In this document: positions 11,905-23,389 of the stretch, piece by piece | Layout of the letters: each line of letters starts with the position of its first letter | Numbering within the stretch: position 1 is the stretch's first letter | NCBI GenBank assembly: GCA_025594325.1 | Contig: JANHCV010000006.1 | Span: forward strand, 1,674,001-1,738,000 | Source of the DNA: Blastocladiella emersonii ATCC 22665 | Lineage: Eukaryota; Fungi; Blastocladiomycota | Length of the DNA: 64,000 bases | Direction of reading: 5' to 3' | Position numbers and translations under genes: made by a program | The notes under the pieces: model-generated | The model's database searches: none | The model's input: the letters and a program-made list of their open reading frames with translations, nothing else | Told to the model about the DNA's origin: nothing

Positions 11905-12832
11905 ATGAGCGCAGATGGATCTTCCGCGTCGAGCTCCGACTTGGCGCACTCGGCGCCGCGCAGCGTGACGAGCTCGAGCCCGTGCGATGAGCCCGGCGAC
12001 GAGTCGGCCAACGTCACCGACAAGAACAGCCTCGTCGGCCGCGCCCAGCGGCTCTCCATGGACGCCGAGCAGCTGGAGCAGCGCGGCGACGTTGAGGGCG
12101 CTGCTGCCGCGTACGCGGCCGCTGCAGGTGCGCGCGCACGAGCGAGCGGGTGCGGGTGCAGGAGGTCGCGCATCTCACAGCTGTCGTCCTCGCCACGGTG
12201 TAGTCGCGTACCGCGAGGCGGCCGACAACTCGGACCACCCCGAGATCCAGCGCACGCTCGAGCTGCTGCAGAGCACCTTCAGCCGCAAGGCGCGCGAGCT
12301 CGCCCGGCGCGCCGCGAGCGCCGCCAACTCGCCGCAGCCTTCCCCGCCGCTCCAGGTCAAGACCGTCGCCGTGCCGCCCGCGGAACCGCCGCTCGCCGTC
12401 CAGTCCACGATCATGTCGGCGTCGGTATCCGCACGCCGCACCCACTCGCCCCGCGCCTCGTCTCCCCTCGCCGCCAGCGGTGGGCTCGCACGGTCGCGGT
12501 CCTCGCCGACCATGAGCCCCGAGTCGGTCCGCTCGCTCGCCGACAGCCGGCGCGTCTCGATCCCGACGGCGGGTGCCGCGTCGTTCGAGGTGCTCCCGCC
12601 GCGCGCCGTCGTCCCCGTCACGTCGCGACCCGCCTCGGAACGGCGAAGCTCGCTGTCCCGGTCCATCACGTTTGTCCCGCCCGAAGCACCACCGCTCGTC
12701 GTCGCGTCCGCACCGGCAGCGCCTGCGCCGTTCTGGGACGCGTTCGACGAGCGCGTGCGCCGGCTCGCGGCGGGCGAGGCCATCGCGCGGCCGGCGTATC
12801 CGATCCCGACGTGGTTTGCGCCCCGCACCTGA
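11905..12832 (+). CDS. MIT-domain protein resembling Atg38/NRBF2 (3' end uncertain)
   Basis: Removing intron 12128..12203 gives RAQRLSMDAEQLEQRGDVEGAAAAYAAAAVAYREAADNSDHPEIQRTLELL, a three-helix MIT-like pattern, followed by a Ser/Pro-rich linker. Confidence 0.5.
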
Positions 12833-12999
12833 GTCTTCACACGGAGAATACAATTTGCGCGCGGGTGTGCACTACTTGGAGCCAAGGCCGTGTCCAGCCG
12901 CGTTGCTCAGAGTCATCAAGCGCGGTTTCACTGCCGCTCGCCGTCCTCTCTCCCCCCGGCTCCCTTGACGATGGAGGCACACTACCCGCAGCCCATGCA

Positions 13000-14847
13000 A
13001 TGAACCGCCCCTACTCGATGCAATCCAGCGAGCGCTGCGTGTGGACCTCGCCGCCGTTCCCGCAGACGCTCGGCGGCCGGCTCGTCGGCGTCGGCGGCGA
13101 GAACTTCAAGGCCATGGAGCGCGCCTTCCCGGGCCTCCGCTTCCAGGTCTTTACCGACCGCGTGCTCAACGGCGCTGGGACCGCGAACGGCAACGGCTAT
13201 GGCGTCAATGGTAGACGAATGGGCCGCGGCAACAGTCCCGGTGACGAGAACGGCACGGGCAACGGGCGGCCCAAGTCGCCCGCCACCAGCGGTGGCGGCC
13301 CGTCGATTCTGCGCATCTACGCCAAGCCGGGCGTCCACCCCGACGTGCCCGCCCGCGCGCGCCTCGTCCTTGAGCAGGTCCTGAACCACGCGCAGCGCAC
13401 CTTCGACATCAAGCTGGTCCTGTGCATGGTGGTCCCGACCGACGCGTTCGCGCTGCAGTGGGAGTACGTTCCGGGCGGCGAGAACTATGTCGGCGTGCTC
13501 GACTCGCCGCCGCCCTACTACCGCGCGGTCCCGGCGCGCCCGGGCGCCCTGCCGCTCAACTGGATCCAGGCCTCGGGCGCTGACGTGTACCACACGCCCG
13601 CACTCGGGCCGCAGCCGGCGAAGCGCCCGAAGCCCAAGTTCGGCCACCGCCAGCAGATCGCGGTGCTGACGCGCGAGTTCCACGACGAGATTGTCACCAC
13701 GCTCGCCAAGCGGCGCGCCGAGGTCCTCGACTGGGCCGCCCCGCGCGCGCCCAAGGGCACCGCCCTCGGCGCCGTCCTCAAGCTCAAGGCCTCGCTCGGC
13801 AACCACGTCTTCGCGCGCTCGCTCATGTCGGGCCGCATCGCCGAGGCCGCGCCGCGCCCCGAGCTGTCCACCGCCGCCGCGGGCGCTGGTCCGGACGTGG
13901 CGTCGTACTCGTTCACGTTCGCCGACCTCGCCACGGCCCTGCGCAAGTCCGAGCTCAAGTCGTCGTTCAACCCGGCGCTCTCGCCGCAGACGGTCGTCAA
14001 CTTCACGTCGCTGCTCGAGTCGCCCGCGGCCGGGTTCGTGCGGCAGCCGGGGACCAAGTACAAGGTGCTCGTCAAGTTCACGCTGCCGTGGGATCTCGGC
14101 GTGCCTGTCGAGCAGTACCGCCCGCGCCGCCAGTACCGCGCCACGTTCCTGTGCGACCCGGCCGCGGCTGCGGCGGCCGGGAGCGCGGGCCCGTTCGTCG
14201 TCAAGAACTTCCGCGTCGACCCGACGCCGCTCAACAAGTACTCGATCGTGGTGCCGGGCAGTGACACGGGGTTCCGCCTGCGGCAGACGGTGCAGACGTG
14301 GGACGTGTCGACCGAGGACGGGTCGATCCACCCGGCCGCGACCGCGGTCGCGCGGCGGCTGCTCGCGTACCTCAACGAGACGGCCAACGTGCTCGTGCAC
14401 ATCATGAAGCACACGGTGCGGCCCGACTGCAGCGTGACGGTGCCGAGCCTGCCGGTCGACATCACGGGCCGGTGCCACAGCATCTCGGTGCGCACGCGCG
14501 TCGTCACGACGTACGCGCGCGGACCTGTCTCGGTGTCCGTCAGCCGCGCCACGGCCATCGTCGACACCCACCCGCTGTCGCCGACCCAGACGCTCGTCCG
14601 CATCCCGCACGTCGGCGCGCCCCCGCCGCGCGGCGAGTGCGCCGTCACCGGGTTCTACAGGCCGTGCCCGACCACGCTCCAGGTCACGGCGCGACGCGAC
14701 GACTACGCCGCGTTTCCGATCGACGCCATGCTGCCCGAAGGCCATGGCGACGCGGCCGAGCGCGCTATCAAGTCGTTCCTCGCGCTCATCGAGGTGCTCG
14801 TCTCGAACCTCCGCGGCAGCGGTGCCGCGACCGCAGCGGCCCGCTAG
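13000..14847 (+). CDS. Hypothetical protein with an N-terminal KH-like motif
   Basis: Long ORF with strong GC3 codon bias from ATG 13000. GRLVGVGGENFKAM resembles the KH GxxG loop. The rest is not recognised. Confidence 0.55.
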   Translation: MNRPYSMQSSERCVWTSPPFPQTLGGRLVGVGGENFKAMERAFPGLRFQVFTDRVLNGAGTANGNGYGVNGRRMGRGNSPGDENGTGNGRPKSPATSGGGPSILRIYAKPGVHPDVPARARLVLEQVLNHAQRTFDIKLVLCMVVPTDAFALQWEYVPGGENYVGVLDSPPPYYRAVPARPGALPLNWIQASGADVYHTPALGPQPAKRPKPKFGHRQQIAVLTREFHDEIVTTLAKRRAEVLDWAAPRAPKGTALGAVLKLKASLGNHVFARSLMSGRIAEAAPRPELSTAAAGAGPDVASYSFTFADLATALRKSELKSSFNPALSPQTVVNFTSLLESPAAGFVRQPGTKYKVLVKFTLPWDLGVPVEQYRPRRQYRATFLCDPAAAAAAGSAGPFVVKNFRVDPTPLNKYSIVVPGSDTGFRLRQTVQTWDVSTEDGSIHPAATAVARRLLAYLNETANVLVHIMKHTVRPDCSVTVPSLPVDITGRCHSISVRTRVVTTYARGPVSVSVSRATAIVDTHPLSPTQTLVRIPHVGAPPPRGECAVTGFYRPCPTTLQVTARRDDYAAFPIDAMLPEGHGDAAERAIKSFLALIEVLVSNLRGSGAATAAAR

Positions 14848-14951
14848 GCGGTGCTATCGATACCTCCTCTCCCCTCCCCCCTCATGTACAAAGTTTCCCC
14901 GAGTGTGCCCGTGTAAGCCGATAGCAGTTCAATCAATCGTTCTCATCATCA

Positions 14952-17022
14952 TCAAAAGTCGTTGTCGCTCCCCGTCTCGTCGTCCTGGTCGCCATCCGAC
15001 CCGCCGTCGTCGCCGTAATCGACGATCCCGCTGAGCACCGCGTCGTCGTCGTCGTCAATCACGACGCTCGCCCCACCGCCCGCCTTGCCGTACACGTCGT
15101 GCGCTCGGCGCTTCTGCTGCTGCCCCGCGGGCTGAGGTTGCCGCCCGCTCGGCAGATCGTCGTCAAAGTCCTGGTCCTCGTCGTCGTCCTCGAGATCGTC
15201 GTCGTCCTCCTCCTCGTCGCCGTCCTCGAGACTGAAGTCGCCCTCGTCCTCCTCGTCGCTGCCGCCCGGCCCGTCGCTGATCCCGTAACTGTCCATGTAC
15301 TGCTGCCGCGCCGCGCTCGCGTTGGCGGCGACGGGGCCGCCGGTGCGGCCGGCGGCGGCGGGCTGCGGCTTGCGCGACTTGGCGGCGCGCTACACGGCGT
15401 CGAAGGGTCAGAATCAGCGAGGCAACGGCTATGTGATCCCGCACGGCGTACCCCATAGTCCGAGATCTCCTCGTCCGAGTCGTCAAAGTCGAGGCGGTCC
15501 TCGATATCCATGGCCGCGTGGTCAAAGTCGCCCGACGGGCGGCGGCGACGCGACTTGCGGGTGCTGCCGCCGGCGCCAGCCTTGCCGCCGCCGCCGTGCA
15601 GCCGCGAGTTGCTGCCGAGCACGGCGTTGACGTCGAGCCCATTGTCGAGATCGTCGTCGTCGTCGTCCGGATTCAGGAAACTGTCCTCGTCCACATCCCC
15701 GTCATCGTCGTCGCTCTGGCTGTCGAGCCCGCCGTCGCCGCCGCGCAGCATCTTGAGCTCCTCCTCCTTGAGCCGCTCCTGCATCCGCTTGAGCGACATC
15801 TCGGCCTCCTACATCCGGTCCGACGTGAGTTGCCGTTTGCCACGATCCGCGGAGCGGACGTAACGCACCTCGGACTTGTCCACCTCTGCACGCACGCCGT
15901 CCTCGACGAGCTGCTCGAGGAACGCGACGTTGCGCAGGCTGCGGACGTACTTTGCGTAGACTCCCTTGAGCTCGGCCTCGACGCGCTCAAACTCGTCCAT
16001 GTACGCGGGCCGCACGCCCTGCATCGACTTGAGCCGCTTGGTGCGCCGGTCCACCTCGAACTTTTTCTTCTCGATCTTGGCCGTCAGCGCCGCCGCGTCG
16101 CTCGACATCCCCGCGACCACGCCCGCCAGGGTGTCCGACTCCTCGCGCACGCCGCGCAGCGCGGCCGACGCCGCGGCCTCGATCGACGGCAGGTCGATGG
16201 CACGGCCCAGGGCTTGCGAGCGGAGGTCCTACAGAGGTGCGGGTTGTCAGTTTCAGTACCGCCTTGGCGGTGGTGCAGATGAAAACGTACGCGGTGCTCC
16301 ATCTCCTGAGCGAGCAGCTCGTACAGGACGGCGCCGCGCTGGGTGATCTCAGACGCGAGCTCGCGCGCGGCGCGGATCGTGGTCGCCTTGGCCGCCATAT
16401 CGCCCGCCCCAACCATTCCGCCCGCGACGCCGAGCCCGCCGCCCTGCTTCTTGGCTGCCGCCCCGGCCGCCGCGGCGGCCGACGACTGCGACTGCCCGCC
16501 GCTGCCCGATGACGGGACGTGGAACGCGCCAACGGCGTGGACGAGCGTCGGGTCGTCCTCGGCGAGCGCCGCGTTGGCCTGCGTGAACAGGTCGGCAAGC
16601 TTGAGCAGCTCGCGCACCGCGGACCCGTCGGCCATGTACAGCTTGCGCGTGTTGAGCTTGAGCTGCGCGCGCGTCGCCAGGTGCTGCGCCACGGCCTTGA
16701 TGAAGGCCACGCGGTCGTCTTCGGTCGCGATCGACTTGAAGATGTCGGCGCTCGGGTCGTAGCTAGTGAGGTGAGGGGGTGAGTGGGTGAGTGGGAGGTT
16801 GGGCGGGCGGGAAGGGAGGAGGACGGACCTCTTGACCATCCACAGGAGCAGGTCGGCGACGAGCTCAAAGTTGGGCTGGCGGAACGCCTCGTACGACACG
16901 AGCTGCGGGTACCCGAGGACCCGCATCTGCTCGGTTAGCGCTGCATGGCGGGGCTGGCGTCAGTTTGGTGGTGGACTCCTTGCAATCTCGCAGAACCGAC
17001 CTCGGACTTCCCTGAATGCCAT
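14952..17022 (-). CDS. IFT38: Clusterin-associated protein 1 / intraflagellar transport protein 38 (multi-exon)
   Basis: Spliced N-terminus [48 protein letters not shown]. Also KLNTRKLYMADGSAVRELLKLA, LKSMQGVRPAYMDEFERVEAELK, and an acidic C-terminus. Confidence 0.92.
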
Positions 17023-17317
17023 GTTGACGGTTCAGATACTTGGAGACAGATGCATAGCTTTCGCGGATGGCGACTGAGGCAAGGAGGAGCCGTGTGGCGC
17101 CGATCTCGTTGCGTGGGCGGAACGCGTCGCGTTTCGGGGTCAGCTGGGATCATGTGCGCGAGGGAGACAGCGCGCGGAGACACATTTTTTGGAGGCACGC
17201 GTCGGATGCGAGACGCGTCGCGATGTGGCGCACGCGGACGCGTCCCTTCACCTCCTCGCGCTCGACCTCGCTACCTCTCCCTCAATCATCGACGCAGTCA
17301 TAGACCGGGATGCGACC

Positions 17318-20300
17318 ATGCCCGACCACCACCCACGCCCCGTAACGTACCCGACCGGCCAGCAGCTGCGCGGCGCGACCACGGCGCTGCCGTCGCACCA
17401 GATGCCGTACATGCAGCAGCGCAAGCTGGCGCCGGCGACGGCCTCCCCGCTCGCGCCGCACTTCATCACCCCCACGACCACCTCGACCAACGCGGCGGCG
17501 GCCGCCGCTGCCGCGGCTGCAGGAGCGCCGGCGCTCACGATCGCGATCCCCGGGTTCCCGCGCATGCGCGTGCTGCGGCAGGGCTGGCTGTACAAGCGCG
17601 GGCCCTTCTACCAGCCGTGGCGGATGCGGTGGTGCGTGATCGCGCAGCCCGAAGATGGAGCGGGTACTCCCGATCAGTCTGGCGCGCGCGGTCCGGTCCT
17701 CGTCATCTACACGCAGCGCGACCACGCCAACATCGCGCCGCCCAAGGGCCAGGTCCCGCTCGCGGTCCGCATGGAGATCGAGGTCCCGATGCAGCCCGTC
17801 AAGAAGAACCTGCTCGACCGCACCGCGCTGTACCCGTTTGTTCTCATCGTGCACGGGCGCAAGGTACACACCTCCATCTCTCCGCGTGACGCGATGATGG
17901 CTAACCCACGACCGCGACCTCGTAGCACGTCTTCGCCTCGCACCACCGCAAGGACCGCGAGGACTGGATCCACCTGATCCAGTCGCTGTCCGACTCGCCG
18001 ACGGCGCAGGGCCCCGCCGGGATCACGGTCGTCCACGAGCTCGACGACTGCTCGGTCCTCGAGTCGACGAGCGTCGTCGACCACTCGTCCGCGTACGGCA
18101 ACGACTCGGTCGTCTCGGCCACGGCCACCTCGGCCATGACCACCACGTCGACCACGGCCATCACCAGCAGCAGCACTATGCCGAGCTCGACGGTCATGAG
18201 TCTCGGGATCAGCCGCCTTGACGCCCTGGTACGGTTTCTCGCTCACGCATTTGGGAGACGTTCACTGACGTGTTGTATTCGGGTAGTCGATCTGCGGCAC
18301 CGAGATCCTGACCGACGCCGAGCTGTCCGAGATGGGCCGGTACGCAACGATCCCGCACCGCCTCGCTCGTCGAACCACACTGACCATGACGCGCGCTAGC
18401 CCCGAGCGCATCACGTCGCGCCCCGCGAGCCCTGTAGCCCAGTCGGCACCTCCCGCGACCATGACGCCCGCCGACCCGTGGAACGAGCTGTACCAGCGGC
18501 TGTGCGACCAGCCGTGCGCGACGCCGCAGGCGCAGATCCAAAAGGACCTTCAGATCTGCGACCTGCTGGGCCAGTTCCGCGAGGTCGCCCTGACGCTCGC
18601 GACGCAGGTCGTCGACGAGTACCACACGCGCCCGTCGACGGGCAACGGCGCGGCGCCGACCGAGTCGTGGGTGTTCGGCAACGTGGTCGTCGCCATGGCG
18701 GCCGACTACGCAGCGTGTGACCGCGGCGCGGTCCTCGCGGCGATGCGGCGCGCGACGCACGAGCTGCAGGGCGTGTCGGCGATCGCGTCGGTGGCGTCGG
18801 ACCTGCACACGCCGCTCATGTGCGTCGTCGACTACAAGGGGTTCCGGCTCGTGTGCAGCGCGGCGGTCCCGCTCAACGCGACCTCGACGCTGGTCCTCGA
18901 CCTGTCGACGGGCCGCGCCGACGTGTCGGCGCTCGAGAAGCTCAGCGAGGCGTTTGCGCCGCTGCGCCTGCGCGAGCACCCGGTGTCCGTGATGCCGGCC
19001 GCGGGGACGGGGCACGCGCCCACAACGGTGGCCGTGCGCGGCAGCGCGAGCGTGCACGTGCACTACGCGCGCGCGCACGACCACTACTACGCGACGCGGC
19101 TCGCGGACCTGTTCCCGGTCGACCAGAGCAAGCACGGCAAGCCCGTGGACGCGCGGCGCCGGCTGCGGCCCGAGTTTGTCGCCCAGTACAAGCACGCGCT
19201 GTCGTCGGACGCGTACGCGCCGGCCGCGCCCGGGTGGCGGTGCGCCGAGACGCACCCGGAGACGGCCGCGGGCGAGCGCGACGCCGTGTACGCGGCGCGG
19301 TTCCTGCGCGAGAACCATATCCCGGCGTTCGTCGCCCGGCTCGACGCGCTCGAGCTGATCCCCGCTGACAGCGTCGGGCTCGCGGCGTGCCTGCACGCGG
19401 CCGGGATCAATGTCCGGTACCTCGGCCTGATCGCGACGCGCACGCGGCTGCCGGCGGTCAAGGAGCTGTGTCTCGTCGAGATGGTCGGGCGCGCCGCCAA
19501 GGAGGTGTTTGGCGAGAAGCTGCGGTCGTCGGTGCTCCACTTCCGCCGCATCGGCGCGACCAAGATCGACCACGAGCTCGTGCGCATCGCGACCGAGTTC
19601 GTCAACCACGTCGTCACGGCCAACGAGAAGGTGTGGGAGGAGACGCTCAAGCCGGCCATCCAGCGCAAGTTCAGCTTCGTCATGAGCATCGACATCTTCC
19701 GCGCGCTCCAGCGGCCCGCCGTGTTCCTCAGCCTGCAGCATCACGTACGTCTTTCTCGTTCGCCGTCGTGACCTCAGCCCCTGACCTGTCGTACACGCAG
19801 TGCGCGCTGGACCTCGCCGACTCGGACCACTACGACTGGACCTCTCCTTCACCCGTGACGGAGCGCGACTTTTCCGGCTTCGCGCCCAAGTGCAAGACCC
19901 TGTCCCCCGCGACGCTCGGCGCGAAACACCTGACGACGCCCTCGGAACGCGCGACGTACGAGCTGGCGCGTCACCTCGCCCTGCGCGGCCCGCGCGCCAA
20001 GCTCGCGCCGTGCCCCGTCACCGCACGCCGCCTCCTCGCCGTCTCGCGGTGCGCGCTGTCGGGCGGGAAACCCGCCGACGCCGTGTCGTACGCCAACGCG
20101 GCGATGCAGGTCGCGCGCCGCCACTCGGGGCTCGCGGCGCGCGCGTGGCTCGCGCTCGCGGAGGCGACGCTGCGTCAGCGCAACGGCGGTGAGGACGAAG
20201 GTGTGAGCGGGGGTCACGCGCCGCCGCGCGGGCAGGACTCGAACGAGACGCTGGTCGGCGCGCCGGCACCCTCGGCGAAAGGCGGCAAGGGCCCGCAGCC

Positions 20301-21591
20301 GAGCAACAAGTCGGTCGCCGAGCTCGCAACCGCCGCCGCGTCGGCCATCGCGTGGCACTGGGGCCCGGACCACCCGCTGTCGATCGAGCTGCACAGCCGC
20401 ATGGCGCGCGCGTGGGCGACGGCGCCGCCGGCCCCTTCCACCAAATCCACCTCCGGGGCACCGCCCGCGACGCAAGCGCGGTCGCTCGACCACCACGCAC
20501 GCGCGCTTCGCGCGAGCGTGCGGAGCCTGGGCCGCACGCACCCCGTCACCGCGCGCCTGCAGCTCGCAGCGGCGCTGCAGCTCCTGACGGGCCCGGGCGC
20601 GTCGCGGCGCGTGCACGAGGCGCAGCGCATGGTCGCGGACGCGCTGGCTGCGCTCGGCGGGAACCACAACCCGGCGGCGACGTGGGCGAAAGAGCGCGCG
20701 CTCGCACACGTCCTGCTCGCCGAGTGCGCGGCCATCTCGGGCGATATGGCGTCGGCCCGCGCACACGCCGCGCAGGCGCGCGGGTTGAGGGAGAAGGAGT
20801 ACGGGTATAACCACGTTCTCACGGCCGACGCGTGCGCGCAGGTCGCGGCGCTCGCGGTCGCGGCGGCCGCGCTGTCGACGTCCCCCGAATCGGGTGCGGG
20901 CGCAGCGGCGACAGCGGCGGGGTCCGAGTCGTCCTCGCTCGCAGATGCGGCCGACGCACCGCCGCCCGTGGTCGCGGGCAACGACCTCGTCACGCCGCAG
21001 GCCAAGGCCGACGTCGCGGTCGCCCTCGAGGCGTACACACGCGTGTTCAAGTACCACAAGTGGCGCGCGGCCGCCGCCGCCAAGGCCGCGGCGCGCACGG
21101 GCAGCAGCGCCGCGATGCTCGCCACCTCGTCCGCCGTGTCGACGGCCACGGACGAGACGGCCGTCGCGCCAACCTCAACCTCCGAGCCCACCACGCCCAC
21201 GTTCGCGGGCGACGCCGACGAAGCCGCGACCGTCGCCCACGCCGAGCTGGCGGCAGCCGACGACCCGCTCGCGTACGTGCGTCACCGCGCCGTGGTGGCG
21301 CCGCCGGGCCCGCCGAACGCGGCGCTGCTGGCGCTGGCGCGCACGCTGGTCGCGCTCAAGCTGCGGGTGCTGCCGCCGCACCACCAGGGGCACGTGCGGA
21401 GTGCGCGGCAGAAGGTGGCGCGCAGTGGGGCAGCAGGGACGGGTGACGCGATGCGCGACGTGATGGCGCGGCTCGTCGGGCTCACGCCGGCCGTGTTTGT
21501 CGACGAGTGCCTGGTGCGCGCGGATGATGGGGACGGCGAGGCGGTCGAGGAGCTCGCGGTCGTGGTGCAGCTCGTGGACCGGTCTGGCTGA
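17318..21591 (+). CDS. PH domain + Clu domain + TPR-like helical repeat protein (multi-exon)
   Basis: PH motif RQGWLYKRGPFYQPWRMRWCVI...DREDWIHLIQ. Clu motifs PLMCVVDYKGFRLVC, RRRLRPEFV and LHAAGINVRYLG. TPR-like C-terminus with WHWGPDHPL and SLGRTHPVTA. Confidence 0.75.
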
Positions 21592-22069
21592 TGGATGTTC
21601 ATGCGATTCATACAGTTAACTTCGTTGATTGATCAAGCGCGAGTGCGAGAGACGGGTTGGTTTTCGCAGAGGAAAAAGAGGTGGTGTGTATGTAGTGGAG
21701 GCCGTATGTACACTCGCCCGTGGCCGAGGGGCGAGTAGGAGGGGGAGAGGTGAGGGATGGATATCGAGCAAGAGAGGAGAGGAGAGAGAACGAGAGAATA
21801 GACAGACGGGTTTCATTTGGTTGCTTGGGCGAGGCGGCCGGCGACGAGGATGGCGGGGGCCGCTCACGCGCGACGCGGGGCACGTCGTGGCGGGCGGTCC
21901 CTTCTTGGCGCGAGGTGGGCCATGGCGCACGACGCGAACCAGGGCGTGGTCGTCGACATGGCGAGGAAGGGGAGGAAGAGGGAGAACCAAACGGAAACGG
22001 GTCGGTCGACTGGTCGTCGGTCTTGGTGAGGTTTATCTGCTCGAGGATAGCGAGGTCGGTGTGCGGGGC

Positions 22070-22800
22070 TTAGAAACCGTGGACCTTGACCATGTCCTTG
22101 CGCGAGATGCCCTCCTCAATGAGGAAGGTGGAGACCTTGAGGCGCTGGTCGCCCTGGAGCTGGATGATCTCGCCGAGCTCCTCGTCCTGGACTAGGGTGC
22201 CATTGCAGGCAAAGTCCTTCTTGAACGCCTTGAGGAGCTTCTTCTGGTCAATCTCCTCGGGCAGGCCCTGGACGGTGGTCAGGGTCTTGCGGCCGTTGCG
22301 CTGCTGGATGCGGATGTCTGTTCGGAGCGGGGCGCGAGGAGAGTTAGTGTCCTGCATCGCTCGATCGGGTCATGCGCGCGCGTTGCTCGCACGACTGCTG
22401 CTGCCGTAGCCGACGCCCTCGGTGAAGTGCCGCGGATCGGCGCGAGGTCGACGGTCAGTGTAACTATGACAATAAGGAGCGTCATGGTTGCCCTGGGCCA
22501 GCGGGCACCCAAGACGGGTGTGATCCCAGAGGCGCAAGAGGTCGCGAGCGACCCCCAGGGAGCTTCGACTTTGGGTTACTTTTTCATCATCTGGTCGAGC
22601 GCAGCGCGCGGATCCGGGCGGCGGCGCAGCACGAGGGCGAGGGCGAAAGCAGCAGCGGCGGGCGAGCGAGCGAACAGTCGCGCACACGGCGGCGGCAGCC
22701 ACAGCGGACACGTACGGATATAGTTGGTGGCCTTGGTGGTCTCGTTGTCGCCCGTGTCAGCGAACGGGTCGAAAGCCTTGAGGTTCTGGATGTCGGACAT
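22070..22800 (-). CDS. SUI1: Translation initiation factor eIF1
   Basis: MSDIQNLKAFDPFAD...NYIH|IRIQQRNGRKTLTTVQG...FACNG...IQLQGDQR...VHGF, with a single 398-nt intron at 22318..22715. Confidence 0.97.
22447..22598 (-). ncRNA. Intronic C/D-box snoRNA, snR63/SNORD46-type guide for LSU rRNA
   Basis: C box ATGATGA at 22590-22584 and D box CTGA at 22458-22455, flanked by a TCGAC/GTCGA terminal stem. The guide GTCATAGTTAC just before box D is complementary to the conserved LSU rRNA sequence GUAACUAUGAC. Confidence 0.85.
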
Positions 22801-23389
22801 GCAAGCGGGGGAGGTGGGGGTTGCCGAGGAGTCAGGGGTGCGCTGCGGCGATACGTCTGGCGGTGCGGGTGCGGGAGAGAAGGGGGGCGGGCGGGTGCCA
22901 CACTTGATATGGGCGCGCCGAGGGGGGCCGGAGCGCGTCGCCGCCGCGGTCGTCACTCGCCCGCCGAGCATCACCTGACCGCACGCGGCCTGAGCGCCAC
23001 GTGAGCCGTTGCTGGGCGGCCCCCGGAGACGCGACGCTCGCGACGCGCCGTGTTTCACCTTGCTCTCAGGAGCTGGCCCTCCCGCGCACGCGATTTCGCG
23101 AACATGAAGTTAAATGAAGCAGCCATGGGAAGCCGGGCCCGTGGACGCGCCGGTCCAGACCGCGCGGCTCCATCACCACCCGACACGCTGACCTGCCTGC
23201 CGTGTCCTGCAGTGCATGGGCCCGCCACCACATGAAATGAGCCGTTGCGCGTTTTCGTTCGCCGCTCTCGCGTTCGCGTTCGCGTTGGGGGCGGCGCTCG
23301 CACCGTGAGCTGCTGGCCGGTCAAGAGGGCAGCGCTCCCCCGCGCCCAAGTGGAGGGACTGGTCCGATCGCCTCACCGCCGCCGCTGCC

